NCBI RefSeq assembly: GCF_024521635.1
Contig: NW_026250418.1
Coordinates: 806,001 to 870,000, forward strand
Direction of reading: 5' to 3'
Origin: Tricharina praecox
Lineage: Eukaryota
DNA: 64,000 nt
Each line of letters starts with the position of its first letter. The stretch's first letter is position 1. The position numbers were made by a program, and so were the translations under genes. Positions 25,067-38,619 of the stretch are shown here, one piece after another. The notes under the pieces are model-generated. The model ran no database searches. It was not told the DNA's origin and saw nothing but the letters and a program-made list of their open reading frames with translations.

Positions 25067-27579
25067 TCTTCACCGGCGGCATTGAACTCTTTGTTGAAGG
25101 AAAAAGCAGCCAGCAGCAGGAGTAGAAGGGCGGTACGTGAGAATTGATGTCTGTTGCATTACAGGTAGAATGGACAGACATTGTAAATGTTCAAAGTACC
25201 GTACCTATCCAATCGATCATAAGCACCGGGCTGTGGGTGGCTAGAGGTTAAAATAAACTTGGCGAGTGATAATGAAAATGATGCAAAGTGGTGAATATCA
25301 GCTTGCCACTCTTGCAAGGACGCAAGTACTTACCTTCTCCTTCAAAAATCCCCCTTAGGTACCATGGGCAGAATGGAGGGATGAAGATGGGGCGGGGGTG
25401 GCACGGTCAGAATAGGTACATAGCTAAAACTTCCTCCGGTGGGCTTATTTCTTTTTGGGCTTCTTTCACGAAACCAGGCATTGGGTAGTGGTCGATTCGC
25501 TCCACGTCCATGTGACGCGCTGCGGACAGGGCAGGAGAAACGGTATGCCCAGCCGTCATACCAGTCTTTTTCGTGGGTTGGTTGGGAGGACAGTCACTGC
25601 GTCGCCCAAGATCACCCCCATTTTTCGTCTTGGCTGCGTGCGCAACACTCGCTCATGCGAGGTACGGGGGTTCCCACCGAGCGACAGACAAAAGACTTCA
25701 AATATCGGACGGGATCGATCGGAGGATCCTTCGTGGAAGCGCCGCCTTGTGTTCAAGCTCAAACTGATTTATTCATTCGTTGCATGCTCCAGGAGCGCGG
25801 GAACGTAGAGGCGCCTCTGTGCAGTGATGAATGGCGGTATGGAGAAACGTTGTTGTTGTCAGAACGGGTGTGGAGACAGTCGAGACCTTGTTGTTGTCAG
25901 AGCATACCGCGGAGACAGCGTAGTGTGACCCGGGTCAGTGACCAGTCTCGAAGCGGAGGGTCAACGTTCATATATTCTGATCGTATTCTTGTTCTTGCTT
26001 TTATTCCTACTTTTGGTCTCATCACAGGCAGTCACATAATTCATCACCATTTTTGCCTGATCAAGTTTTTGCGTATCTCAATGCGACCCACTCTAGCTAC
26101 TTAGAGTATACGTGACTTTGGTCAACGCCGCTGTCGGCATGGCAGCAACGACCAGCCGAGCAGAGTGAGACTAAGCCAGACCTGGATGATCGCCTGTGAT
26201 CACTAAATATCACTGCGGCGAACAAAGGTATGTTTCTGCCTTCGAACCAGGTACATATCATACAACCAACAAAGTGCGTCAAATGCTCATCCAGTCACGA
26301 CCCACATCACCATATATTTGTTTCTATAGCTGCAAAGCTTTGACGGCGCTAGCGTTCGAATAAAAAATTAATTACCGTCACCAATACACACAAAAGCCGG
26401 ATTCTCTATATAATCATTCCCCAGCAACACACGCCCATTCAGCATTTTTTCAAACGATCGCGCATTTATCCATGTACAAGGCCCTCCAGAAAGGAATCTG
26501 CGATCTGCTTTTTTTTTAGAAACGCCCAATTCGGACACCACACATCGCACAGCACCCCCGATAGTTTTTGCATGTCAAATTCAGTTTCTGCTTGAAGCAT
26601 GGCCGGCAGAGGCTAGACGAAGGATATTGGGAGCCGGTGGTCGAAACGCCGGTATAGAGGGGAGTGAAGGAAGATTTGCAGCAGACGGAGCTGAAAGGTG
26701 GAGGCTAGGTGGAGGCATCATCAAGGAGCGAGATTCGTCACGTACAAGCACTCGGTCAACATCTTTGTTTCGTGTTGGAGATGTTGATGGCGCGGGATCT
26801 TTATTCCAGGGCGGAGGCTGGGGGATCTCACATCGGACCCCCTGCGGATCGACCAGGGTAAGGGACCATTGGGGAAAGCTAGTTTTGACTGTCATAATTT
26901 ATGGGACTAGGTCTAATTTATGAGTTTTTGGTTTTGATTCAATATTGATTGCGTGTGTTCTATTCTGGTTGCGGCGATGTGAGAAGATCAGTGCCCTAGA
27001 GATGTGTGCTAACCATAATTTCAGCTCAGTGTGGTAGTACTAATAGCAGCTTCAAGATTCACATTTACCATTTCTTCAACTATCCATCCTTCTGTCCACT
27101 AACGCCACAGCTAACCGCAAACTCCGGTGAGCCAGAGAGTGTAGTAACCAAGCCGAAACTTCTAAGATCGAGCCAAACGCAACAACTAATATACCTTACG
27201 ATTCACACGCTCCTCAACAAACCCACCATCCTACATAATCGATCGTAGCCACGTGGTACTTGTCTAATGTATTGTATATAAATTCCAGTCCCAGCAACTC
27301 TTCCATAGCACTGTTGACGATTTCCGTCGACAGCAAACTCTTGATGGCGGAAACGACGACACCCTTAGGGCGGTCCGCCGCCCGGACGATATCGAGGACG
27401 AGCCTGGCCTCGCGGGAAGTAAGCGGGGCTAACCTCTCGCTAGGCGGCTTGCTAGGTGCCGTGCAGGAACTGCTCCCTCTTTTCCCCATCTTCTGCTTAC
27501 CTTCCCCCCACTCGTATCCCGCCTCCGCCCATTCGCTACGCCCAAACGAGCTTCCCTCCCCCATCGCCGTGTCTTTCTC

Positions 27580-28182
27580 CTACCCAGCTTCCTCCCTTGT
27601 TGCGTCATCCCGCGCGCGGCTACCCACATTCGTGCAGCCCTCGCTATTTGGCCTCGTACCGCTTTCCCGACCCAACGGCATCCCATTTCCCCTGCCGCTC
27701 ACCACATTCTCGATCGCCACTCCCACGATCCTTCCACCTCTACCCTCCTTCGGGAAAGCCCCTCTCGGAATCCCAGGCAACCTGATTCACAGCACGAAAA
27801 TGAGCAGATTGAAATCCTTGTATCCGTTCTCGGGATCCTCGGCCACCAGGTCCCGCACCAGCGCTACGAACCCGTCCCGCGTGTGCCGTATCCCCGCTGG
27901 GTTGACGATGTGCTCCCAGCCCACGTGCCGGAACACGTGCTCGATGTCTACCATATCTCCTAGGAGCGTGGGGTTCGTGAGGGGATGTGCGCGCATGCTC
28001 GTGTAGAATGTCGACAGTGATGTCAGCGACATCGCGCTAGTGCTCGTACTGGTGGCAGAGGGTGCGAAGTGCGTGAATAGCGAGTCTGCGAGGAAGTAGA
28101 GGGAGGGGTTTGGCGTGCCGTCGTCCGAGAGGAGGTGGTGCCACAGAAGGAGGGCGGATCCTGAGGCGCTTATGGCTGCCAT
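27580..28182 (-). pseudogene. Small fungal hypothetical protein (DUF7514-like motif pattern) interrupted by in-frame TGA at 27787-27789
   Basis: ORF 28182-27787 (...HTRDGFVALVRDLVAEDPENGYKDFNLLIFVL*) continues in the same frame as IRLPGIPRGAFP. The family name is recalled from the motif pattern, not searched. Confidence 0.45.
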
Positions 28183-29985
28183 AGGTACCTAGTTCTTTAC
28201 TTTTTGCGGGTGCGGGACTTTGTGTGATACGCGGTTTCATGGCGGGAATTTGTGTCTCGGTGGTCGTCGCACGGCGAGCAGTGGAAACGTGAAGCACCGA
28301 AATGTATAAAACTGACTGGAGATATGGGCGGGCTAGGTCCTCGCGGCGGGAGGAGCTGCGGGAGGACACGAGTGATGCTTGTAAAGCTGTGTGTACGTTG
28401 ATTTAAGAAAGCGGGGGTGCGCGGGGGCGGGCCGGTGCAAGGATCAGCGATCCTTGCCGACAATTACGGGAACGATGTATATACAACGGCTTCGGCAAGT
28501 AATATGCGGAACGTGATACATGGTACCAGATCCAGTCTCACCCTTTGCTTCCAGAATACATGGTTTCATCATCTTCGTTGTGTCGGACAACGTGCGACAT
28601 CCAAGTGAGTTATGGTGATTTGTGAGAGATTACGAACTACAATTCGTCTTTTTGCTGTAGGACGGTATCTTCCTCCTGACCAATCGTCCTCTCCAAGCCT
28701 CTCTCGCTTACCGCTTTGAATCAGAAATTACCCCACCGAACACCGGAAACAGAAATGACAGTCCACATCTCTCTACTCTATCCTCCCTAGATCTAAAAGT
28801 GAGCCTCCGAAGAGGCTCGAGATGTCCATTGTGTGCTGTGGCGGCGTGTCGTACATAGCCATCCTCTTCCCGCAGCAGAACTTATTCGATCGAAGGCGGG
28901 ATTGGCGAACTGCTAGCCGTCATGGTTCGTCGTGGTCTATGCCCTCCTACTTAAACCTGGATCTGGGGGCAAAGCGAGTGAATTGTTTGCGGCCGTTGTC
29001 TAATTTACAAAACCATGCCTTTGACATCACTCCACTTCCGTCTCGCTTTTTCGATCTTATTTACGTAATCCTTTGCCCTTTCAATAACTGCCTGAAGCCC
29101 TATTGACTCTTAACTCGCCAAGAGGGAGAGGAAGGATGGAATCTTGATATATCACTCGACACACCGCAACCTCTAAATGCATAATTAAAACCTCCTCTAT
29201 CGTGACCCGTCTTTGACGGTGGAGATAATACGGTGTATCTCATCTACGATGATACAATAAGATCAAATACAATGAAAACAGAATGAGAAAAATAATATCC
29301 GTCTGTAAAGTGATGCGAGTCATATTATATGAGTTATAGCCGGGTATGGTTAGTCCATACTCTACCGGCGCTCGTGATTGAACCGGCTAACGCTGGGGAG
29401 TTTAGGTAAGCGTGCAACGTTAGCGTGTAAAATCCTCGGACGGAGACCGGCGAGTGATTCTCCGAACGAAAGGGTTAGATACTCTTTATATCACATTCCG
29501 CAGCGATACTCCTGGATAATTCTGCCCGGTCATGTCCGGTTTAGGATCGTTCTGCGATCTCACCTTCCATTCTCTCCGGCCGGTCCTATTTTCGAATTTT
29601 CTTCTCGCTAATTACGCGTAATTTCTTTGGACAACGAGGCAGCTCGTCAGAGACTGTGCAGATCTATTCGTCAGGCTCCTCCTCGTGCACCTGTGCCTAG
29701 CATAATGGACACAGAGACCGCGGCGGTGTGACTACCGCCTTCATGCGGATCGAACTCCCCAACCACCATCGAGCAGCCTTCCGTCATTGCACTGCCCTCG
29801 CTCAACCCCATGAGCATGCGTACCTACATGCCTCTTCCTTAGACCACCACACGTAGTGTATTTTACATGAAATGAAAAAGGAAACCATGTCAACGGAAAT
29901 ACGAGACGTAGAGAGCTCGAGGAGCCGAGACCTAGAACCTCCCACCGCAGTAAACGAAAGAGAATAGGTAGTCTTCAGCCTAGTC

Positions 29986-31722
29986 TCAGAAGTGGGGCCA
30001 ATAGTTGCTCCATGGAACAACGTCGAACGAGCCCTTCTCCAGGCTTCGAAGACTGATGAAGGATTCGCTTACCATGAAGCCCCTCGCAACAAGGACGAAG
30101 AGGAGAAGCGGAAAACAGAAACACAAGGACACCGTATTCACGACACAGTCACCACCGCCTAGCCACTTCATGCACTTGACCAAGCGCCCCGGTCCGGTCC
30201 TCGTATAGAAATAACGATCGAGCTTCTCGGCGCACAGATAAGCGCCTAAGCCCAGAGGTATACCCACCGCGACCGCAACCGAGGAGATCCTCCAGAGCAG
30301 CAGCTCGATCTGACTCGGCATGTGCGTATTCCACGCTGAGGCATGCGCCCCGCCATAAGCCACAGCAAATGCCACCAGAACCAACCACGAGCCTTGCTTG
30401 TCGTCGTCGAATCGCACGGAGCCCTCCCTCAGCACCATACGCGCCCGGACGCAGGCATTCTCCCGCGAAGAGGCATCGTGGAAGCCGATGTCCTCGGGCA
30501 TGAGGCTAAAAGCCCCCTTGGATCGAATGTCGTAATCCTGCCATCTATTCCTTGCTTTGGAGTCGCCACTGGCTGGCGGCCATAAACAGAACGAGTCGCG
30601 CCAGCCAAAAAAGTTGAAGATGTTGTAGCCCCCGGCAACCCGGATGCGGTGCATGCGTGCACGAACCCGGTTGGCTTCCAGCCGGTCAGGGTATTTCGTG
30701 TCGGCACGCGCCAATTCCGCGTCTTCGCTATGAGGGGAAACGTTGTCCTTTACTTCGGGGGCTACCAGCACATCCGCCACCGCATCTTCCGTGTGAGGGC
30801 CGGAAATCGGTATTTCGAAATCTGGTGCGCCGTAGTTGCGACTTCCATCGAACGAACGGTATATCCTCGCCGCCAGACTCGGTTCGAGGTGCAGTAAGAC
30901 GGGGTACCGGATATCCATCGGCTTGTGCCACCAGAAGGCGTATATCGCCACGGCACAGAGAACGTGCATGATGGTGTGGAGTTCAAGTAGAGTGAGGGGT
31001 AATCCACTCGTCAAGCGCCCAGCTCCCTCGACTACGAGCCACTGGCAGGTGTTAGTACTAGTTGACCTCTCTGCACCTCCTAGAAAGTAGTATGGATTCA
31101 ACCTTACCAGCGCCTGGATACAAACAACGACCTTGGCCAGACCATCGGCCTTGGATTTGTCCTCGATTAACCGTGGCTCAAGATCTTCGGTAACATTGAT
31201 TTCATCTTGTGCGTACAAGAGAGTAAAGCCCTGGGCCGTCAAAGTCACCGGGAGTCCGTAAACCTTCTCAGGCCCGGGATGTACGGCATATCCGCCCATG
31301 AGAACGAAGAACGCGGCCTTCATGTCAAAGCCTTCGATCCGCTCGTCCTGATTTTTAGTCCCCCTTAACTTCGCGAAATTCAGTCGGTGCGTCTGTATCT
31401 TCAGAATGACGTTCCGGATCGCGCGGGCTTCCATGAACTGATCGTAGGCACACCAGAGGACAAACTCCGGAGCGAGCATTCCCAGCAGCAGCCAGGCCAG
31501 CTTGAACAGGAGTAACCGCCCCGGAGTCGGTTGCGGGTTGATGTTTAGGTGTACTGCCGTCCACACGCAGAGACCGAGGGTAATGAGGCACGGAAGCAAG
31601 ATGCCCATGGTCCCCCGTCGCGTAGGTTCCGATCCCCACGATGGCTCTGTTTCGACGACTGGCAATGCCAAAGCCAGCCGGGCATGGATAGCCACAAGTA
31701 ATAGCGTGACGATGGCTCTCAT
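29986..31722 (-). CDS. Uncharacterised fungal multi-pass membrane protein, paralog 1; exons 31722-31108, 31041-29986
   Basis: Signal peptide MRAIVTLLLVAIHARLALA. Family motifs RGTMGILLPCLITLGLCVWTAVHLNI, AFFVLMGG, DKSKADGLAK, LTLLELHT, YGGAHASAWN, LLWRISS and ESFISLRSL. 66-bp in-frame intron 31042-31107 (GTAAGG..CTAAC..CAG). Confidence 0.85.
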   Translation of the reverse strand: MRAIVTLLLVAIHARLALALPVVETEPSWGSEPTRRGTMGILLPCLITLGLCVWTAVHLNINPQPTPGRLLLFKLAWLLLGMLAPEFVLWCAYDQFMEARAIRNVILKIQTHRLNFAKLRGTKNQDERIEGFDMKAAFFVLMGGYAVHPGPEKVYGLPVTLTAQGFTLLYAQDEINVTEDLEPRLIEDKSKADGLAKVVVCIQALVRLNPYYFLGGAERSTSTNTCQWLVVEGAGRLTSGLPLTLLELHTIMHVLCAVAIYAFWWHKPMDIRYPVLLHLEPSLAARIYRSFDGSRNYGAPDFEIPISGPHTEDAVADVLVAPEVKDNVSPHSEDAELARADTKYPDRLEANRVRARMHRIRVAGGYNIFNFFGWRDSFCLWPPASGDSKARNRWQDYDIRSKGAFSLMPEDIGFHDASSRENACVRARMVLREGSVRFDDDKQGSWLVLVAFAVAYGGAHASAWNTHMPSQIELLLWRISSVAVAVGIPLGLGAYLCAEKLDRYFYTRTGPGRLVKCMKWLGGGDCVVNTVSLCFCFPLLLFVLVARGFMVSESFISLRSLEKGSFDVVPWSNYWPHF

Positions 31723-33279
31723 TCTGGCCGCGCTTAGTTTTGGTAGCAACTTGCCGTCGGTGAAGTAGGTACAAATTGCTTGCTCCTTTCGCCGCACTCG
31801 ACTCTCTCCCGGCGTGGGTGGCTTTTCGATATCGGAGGCTCCGCAGACTTTCTACCCGAATGGCCGTCCCCTGGGTAGCTGTTTTCCTTGAATAGGTTGA
31901 AGACTTTCGTGTGCACTAGAATCTATCGTTTCGTTGCTGGGCCCGTTTGTATCGACCGAGGGGCTGGATGCGGACTTGACTATTGGAGAGTTGACAGAGG
32001 TTTCAAGAGATATCACTCTCTGGGAGTAAGAGCCCAACTTCTTATAGTTGAACCTCGTTTTTCCATACAGGCTGCTTTCTTCTCGGGGTACGTACGTGTT
32101 CCACACATGCCTGGTTGAAAAACCACTGTAGCGCCGAGAAGCTGTACAATGCTGCGGGTGTGCTGACACCTCATACGCCAACTATGTAGTTTGTACTCTT
32201 GCCCACTTCACATCAGTGACATCCCCTCAATCGTAGCAAATGTTTTCGACTATCTACTGGTCAAGGCTGGACACTACTGCCCCTAGTCACGCAAGTGTCT
32301 CAAAATAGAGCTCATCGGGATCTGTCCTGTCCGTGGGGGATGCATTGATCTGATTTACCTCCCAGTTTTATCTGCTCCCACCGAGGCCGGAAGGATTCCT
32401 TGTAGAAACCACAGGGCGGAGTTCCCTCTACCACGTTCTACTATGTTCGCAGAGTAAACGATAAGGTGCACAGCGGGGACGTCATTTGTAGCTTTTTTCT
32501 GTTGCGTCTTGTTCTGTGCTCGACTGGTATGTAGTTGACACACGTTCAAAATCGCATGGCTGCCCTCCGGTTGATTAATGGAGAAGTGTCACCGGGAATT
32601 CCGCTGAAGCGCTTGCTGAATTAAAACTTGTAGGAGAGCAGAGATGATTGCATGTGGTTGGTGTGTGTGATGAACGAGGCCAACCAGGTTCTTTGGCGCC
32701 GGTGTATCCTTCACTGGAAGGACATACTCTACACGCAACGAAGTGAAGAAGGTAAGCGACCGAAAAATATACAATACAGAAAAAATACCATGGCTATTGG
32801 CTGTCCCGCGCCTGCGAATCTGCCTTGATAGTACTATTAGTAGGTGCTTCGATTACAGCATGTAGACAACCAACATTAGGTAGGTATACTGAAAGTTGTG
32901 ACAATAAACTCGCCCCAGAAATGTCACGTGCGCTAGTACTACTATATTTCCGCAGGCTCCATCTACATACCCGCACATGTAGCTTCGTGGCGGTGAATGG
33001 CGGTTTAGCGAGGCACTAGTTCGTGGCTAAAAACTTGGGCCACGATCTGATGGGGCTGTGCATGAGGATTTGTTTCGGCCAGGGCCGTCCCGTCCCGTCC
33101 CGCGTCGATCACTAATCAACCGTTCAGCGTGATTCCTTCTTCGGTGCTAGAGCACTTCCGGACATACCAGATGCGCCAAAGCCTTAGCATTAGGAAAGTT
33201 TTCACTACCTATATCAGACTTCGGATTGACCGTTTAAAATACTTCTTCATCTCATAAATTTCTAGTCATAGAGGATCTG

Positions 33280-33357
33280 TGAAGTAGCCCGGGAAGGGAA
33301 CGGCGAAAATGAAGGGTGGTGGAGAGTTGAAGTTCTAGGTATTCAAGCTGGCAGAGC
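33280..33357 (+). repeat. Dispersed element, truncated copy D
   Basis: TGAAGTAGCCCGGGAAGGGAACGGCGAAAATGAAGGGTGGTGGAGAGTTGAAGTTCTAGGTATTCAAGCTGGCAGAGC aligns with the 5' half of copies A-C. Confidence 0.65.
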
Positions 33358-34343
33358 GGGAAAATCACACTGTACCACCAGCTTTTGGTCTCGGTTACCT
33401 ACCGGTATATACTTCTCCTCTCGAACGTTTTGACTGCATGCCGTCGCGCTCGAACCTTATAGCTGTACCCCATTATTATTCCACTGATTGCATACGACCT
33501 CCGCGGTTCTCGAGCGGCGCTTCACAAGTCATCACTCGCACATCGAGTGACGCCTCATGCATCGTTAGAAGCGACAAGCTTCAATAACGACTCTCAGCGG
33601 CGTTTCAGTTCCAACTTCCAAGGACATCGTGAGGTTACTCCTCAAGATGTTTCTCCCCGCTGCTCCCCTTAATTTCTCTTATTCCTCCTTTTTCCTCCCC
33701 CGCCATAAATCGGACGACAACCCCCCCCCCCCCCCCCCCACCACGACAAAGTCGCAACTAAAACCCATTCGAATCCACCACCACGAATTACATATCAACG
33801 GGGACTATGGCTGCCATTACTATCATATTCACCCCCACGACTGTCGCCCCCCAAGACTACCGCCCCCGCTTCCAAGAACATTATTGCAAATAACTGCATC
33901 CTCAGCTCAATGACTTTGCATCCTTTCGAGCTCCGAGTCGCGACGCACCCCCGGTTATGTACCAGATAGTTGTCGTAGGCTCGTACCAGGCTACAGCTTT
34001 GATTATACGGCCACTTCTTCTTAAACCGTCACTGACACTGAGCCCTCCGGCTGCTGGCAAGCTCTTCTTCCCAATTCTCTCCCGATTCACCACATTTCGT
34101 TTTTAGCTATAGTCTAGATAGGCTGCATGCGAAATAAACTGAAGATCTCTCTCTCTCCCGATTCACCGCTACAGGAAATCTGCAAAACATGCTACTAGTA
34201 GGAATGTATCAAGTAGATAGATAGACAGAGATTGCGCACATCTTTACCAAAGCAACTGAAATGAAACTGGCAAACTAGCAAATACATCAACGAAAGGCTA
34301 CAGCGAGAAACGAAGGAAAGTGGCATAATCCGCGACGGTGATC

Positions 34344-35959
34344 TCACAAGTGCGGCCAGTAATTAGCCCAGGGCACAACATCGAAGGCGCCCACTGGGAG
34401 GCTGCGGAGACTAATGAAAGCCTCCACGACTACGAAGCACCTCGAGAAGATGATCAGGAGCGTCACCGCGAACGCGGCAATGGTCACCAAGGGTTTGAAA
34501 CAGACCGTGACCAGCTTGCGCGCAATCTTCCCCTCCACAGCTTCGATCCAAATCAGGCCCTGGCCTGTGAACGCGAACAGCAGCGGCCCGGCAACGAGAG
34601 CCACCGCGGAGATCCGCCACAGCAGCTGCTCGGTGGAAGTGGGCAAATGAGCGCTCCACGCCGTTGCGTGTGCGGCGCCGTATGACATCGCGAAAAATAC
34701 GAAGAAGCCCCAAAACCGTTGTTCCCGGTCCGCCTCGAGGCGCAGGCTGCCTTCGCGCTTCAACATTCGTGCCCGTGAGCACAGAGGTTGCAACGGGAGC
34801 TTTTCGGGAAGTCCAAGATCGCTGGGTTTTTCGGCGAAGGCCGAGTAGTGTGACCAGAAGCTGATGCTGTCTACTCCCGTTGGGGTTAACACGGCCTTCT
34901 GCACTGCTTCGCAGGATTCCGTGTCCGGTGCTACGGCTTCGGTGTGAAGGGTGTAGTCCTGTTTTTCGAGGTCGGGCGAGACGTTCGGCGTTGCACTGGC
35001 CGACTTTTCATCTTCCGTGCGAAGGGCTCCGTGCCGCGTTTCGAGGCCGGAAGCCGCATCGGGTGGAGCCGGAGCATCTTCCGAGGACTCTTTGGTGCTG
35101 CCGCTCGGCGCCCCGTCGAACGAAAAGTATATGTCTGCAGCCAGCTTCGCGTCGAGGTGCAGCACTACGGGATACCGGATATCCATCGGCTTGTGCCGCC
35201 AGTACGTGTAGGTGAGCAGGACGCAGAGCACGTGTACGACCGTGTTCAGCTCGAGTAGCGTGATAGGCAGTTCGCTCATCAAGCGCGCGAAGAATTGCAG
35301 GAGGAGCCACTGGATCTGTTAGCCGGACCGCTCGCGTTTCGAGAGGACCCGCGAGGCTGCCAGAGTATTTATGTACTTACGAGAGCCTGGACACAAACAA
35401 CGAATTTAGCTAGCCCGTAGCCACGCGACTTGTCCTCAATCAGCCGGCCATCTAGGTCTTCCTGCTTGACGTCCCCCTGCGCATATAACAGCGCAAATCC
35501 ATGCGGCGTCAACGTCACCGGGAGCCCCTGAAACTCGCCGGGCGTGGGATGGACAACATATCCGCCCATGAGAACGAAGAAGGCAGAGTGCATGCTGAAG
35601 TCTGGCTCTGCCACCCCCAGGTGGTCTTTCTGTATCTTCATGATAGCCTCCCGGATCGCACGTGCCTCAAAGTATTGATCGTGGGCACACCAGAGGACAG
35701 CCTCGGGCGCAACCATTCCCAGACATAGCCATCCCAGCTTGGACAGGAACAGCCGCATCCTTGTAGGCTGAGGGTTGATGTTCAGGTGGACAGCTGTCCA
35801 GACGCAGAGGCCGAAAGTGATGAGACAAGGCAGCAAGATGCCGAGAGTCCCTCGGTGTGCGGATTCCGGACGCCATCCTGGCTCCATCTCGACCACCGGT
35901 TGCTGGGCCAACATTCGCGGCGGAGAGTAAGTCACCAATAGCGTTGCGGTGGCGGTCAT
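34344..35959 (-). CDS. Uncharacterised fungal multi-pass membrane protein, paralog 2; exons 35959-35381, 35309-34344
   Basis: Same motifs as paralog 1 (RGTLGILLPCLITFGLCVWTAVHLNINPQPT, KPMDIRYPV, FDVVPWANYWPH). Intron 35310-35380 lies at the identical QAL|W position. Confidence 0.85.
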
Positions 35960-38159
35960 CGTTCTGGAAGCGTTTAGTTTTCATTCACGGTAGGGGCTGC
36001 CGAGGGGAGACACAAACCGGATAGCAGCTGTGTCCGAACCGAGCGGTTGTTCGAGAAGGTGACAATGGATATGGCGAGTTCCCCCTCTTGGATGACTCGT
36101 ACAGGACTAGTATGGACGTTTGCGTGGAAGCTTTGCCGTCGTACCCGAGTGCGGTTAAACGTGATGGAAGAGTGGAGTCGTAGATTCCGAGTATGCCGAG
36201 CGTACAAGACCCAAACTCTCGAAACTCTCGCAACAGTCGCAAGCCAACTCTTTTATGTACTCGCACAGCCTTTCTGGCAGATGCGCTGGTTTCTTCTGTG
36301 ACTCGTATTCGATACGAACTGCACTAATGGCGCTACGGGGCCGCCATCCATGGTGTGAGTGTCGAGCACCGCCTCTTGCGTGCACGCCCCATAGGCCATC
36401 TGGGTTGTGGACTCTATATTGGTGGATGCAGGTATTTGTACCATCCAACATTCCGCACAAATGCCGAAACCAACGATAACAATTCAGCGCGAATGTACTC
36501 CAGCAGCAAAATCGCAAGTTAGTAACCGCTGCCACGAACCGAACTTCCTTAGACATCTGGATATGCCCCGCACCCCGCCCCACCGGAACACGATGGATGT
36601 ACTCACAACCAGGATTCCAAATGCCTGTCCCCAAGGCGTACTTTCGTTGGCGGAGGCGATCACTACCTAAGCGAGAGCGACCCCGCCCATGCACCCCCGG
36701 CAAGCCGCAAACCCGAGAATCGACTGCGCAGTGCGCACAGACTGAGCAGTGCACGCGTCATCAAACCGGCTGTACGCTGGCTCAGTAAACACCGTATGTA
36801 GGCGATCATTCCACGCACCCGGAGCACGGGGCGAATTGACTCGCTCCGGAGTCTGCAGTGTGTGCGAATATGATTTATTCGGAATTCCCCCGGTTACGGT
36901 AGCACGGAGTTTTGACCGGGCAGAGGAGTTGATTCTCCCTGCTGCTACATAGTGGGGAGAGAAAAGTAACCCCCATTCGCTCAGCTGGAACAACTCGATT
37001 ACATGTCACATGTGAGCCTGAGGCCCTGCGGTGCGCGCGGCTGAATAAGCTCCTCAATCCTCAATCATCAATCCGTGATAACAGCGCAACGGTTAACTAT
37101 GGCACTCAACCCGTGCACCTCCGCTTGGGAAGTGAGACGATCAGAAGTAGTACTTGCGCATATCCGGCACTCTATGTACTCGGCGACGCTATCAGATCAG
37201 GTATCTGGCTTTAACCATATTTACTTTCTCCGTTTCCGGCCTCCGCGCCTGCAGTGTTGGAATTGAGAGAAGAAATTGACTTGATTGATGTATTGATACG
37301 GGAAAGAAGGGAAAGAAGACTGCTTATAAGGGAAACCAGTTCGTGTAGACGACGAGAAGGCCGGGCCTCAGACAGAGGATTCGACGATAGTCGTCGCCGG
37401 ACTGGGCTGGGGGTTTGCAAGGCGTTCAGCTGACGAGGCTGATTCTGATGAGAAGCCATAGACAATGCTTAGCAGCCACGAAGGAAATGAGGGCGGTATG
37501 CAAAGGACAGTGGAAAGTAGCAGCAGGGCGGTCAACAGTCCGTCCGAACTACAGCCGACTAGTGGAGTGTAGTTCCGTCCTGTCCCAGGCAGGCTTTCCA
37601 GAGGACTGATCCGTCCCGCCCGGAGGATGAAATGCCCAGATACCCTACAGGTACCTATCATAGAAACCAGACAGGATATCTACCCGGAGAACGTCTCGCC
37701 AAACTCTAGGTACATACAAGCAAGTAATTACTTAGTCAGAATACATGCGAGCAACGAAGAAACAAAAACCAAAAATGGACTCGGGAGGTGCAAATTCGCC
37801 GATCTCGTTACAGTCCCAGCAGATCCCTCCGTCTCGGTGCGGTACATGGCGGCTGAGGTTGCGAGACTAGGTTTGCATGTGCGAAACTGTAGCGAGGTGA
37901 GCGCCGGGACTCGGGCGGCCTCACTGCGTCGCTGGCGTAACGGATGAGTAAACGCAATATCCTCACATCACTCGCACCCATCGCGAAGTAAACTGGTATT
38001 CTACTTCTCACTCGCACTATCCATCCACCATACTAAGTCTCCAGATAACAGATCTAGCACGACGCAATCATGTCGTTAGCGGTATTATCAGATGGCAATC
38101 GACCCCACTAGCAAATAAAGGTGTAGCCCTAACTCGTGCGGAAAGAAGTATAAGACAGG

Positions 38160-38460
38160 AGCTTTCTTCTCACCACTCCTCCTCTTCTCCTACTCCCACA
38201 CATCTCACTTCTTCCTTTCACCCCTCTTCCTCCTTTCTTACACACACATCATTTTTTTCTTCCCTCCACCTTTCTCCTTCCACCTTCCTTCCACCTTCCT
38301 TCCACCTTTCTCCTTCCACCGTTCTCCTCCTTCCACATTTTTCCTTCCACGGTTCCACCCCCCTTCCGCCGTTCTCCTTCCCCCATCTTCCTCCCATCTT
38401 CCTTCCACCTTTCTCCTTCCGCCTTTCTCCTTCCCACCTTCCTTCCTACACAACTTCAAA
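38160..38460. repeat. Polypyrimidine low-complexity tract (CCTTCC-rich)
   Basis: About 300 bp, predominantly C/T on the + strand. Confidence 0.85.
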
Positions 38461-38619
38461 TCCTCCTAATACTACGATCTTCACCGACAAAAACTCGTTC
38501 CTGTACAACAGATAAGTACAGATTGCTCAGACTATGCTAGTTACACCGACCGGGTGGGAAACCAATTAATTGAATGGCGATGGCGGTAACGGCAACAACA
38601 GCAACAACAGCGACGATAG

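Noticed and set aside
25288..26895. ORFs 25439-26104 (SFSWVGW, reminiscent of HET C-termini) and 26581-26895
   Set aside because: One short motif only and no consistent exon chain; at most unidentifiable relics.
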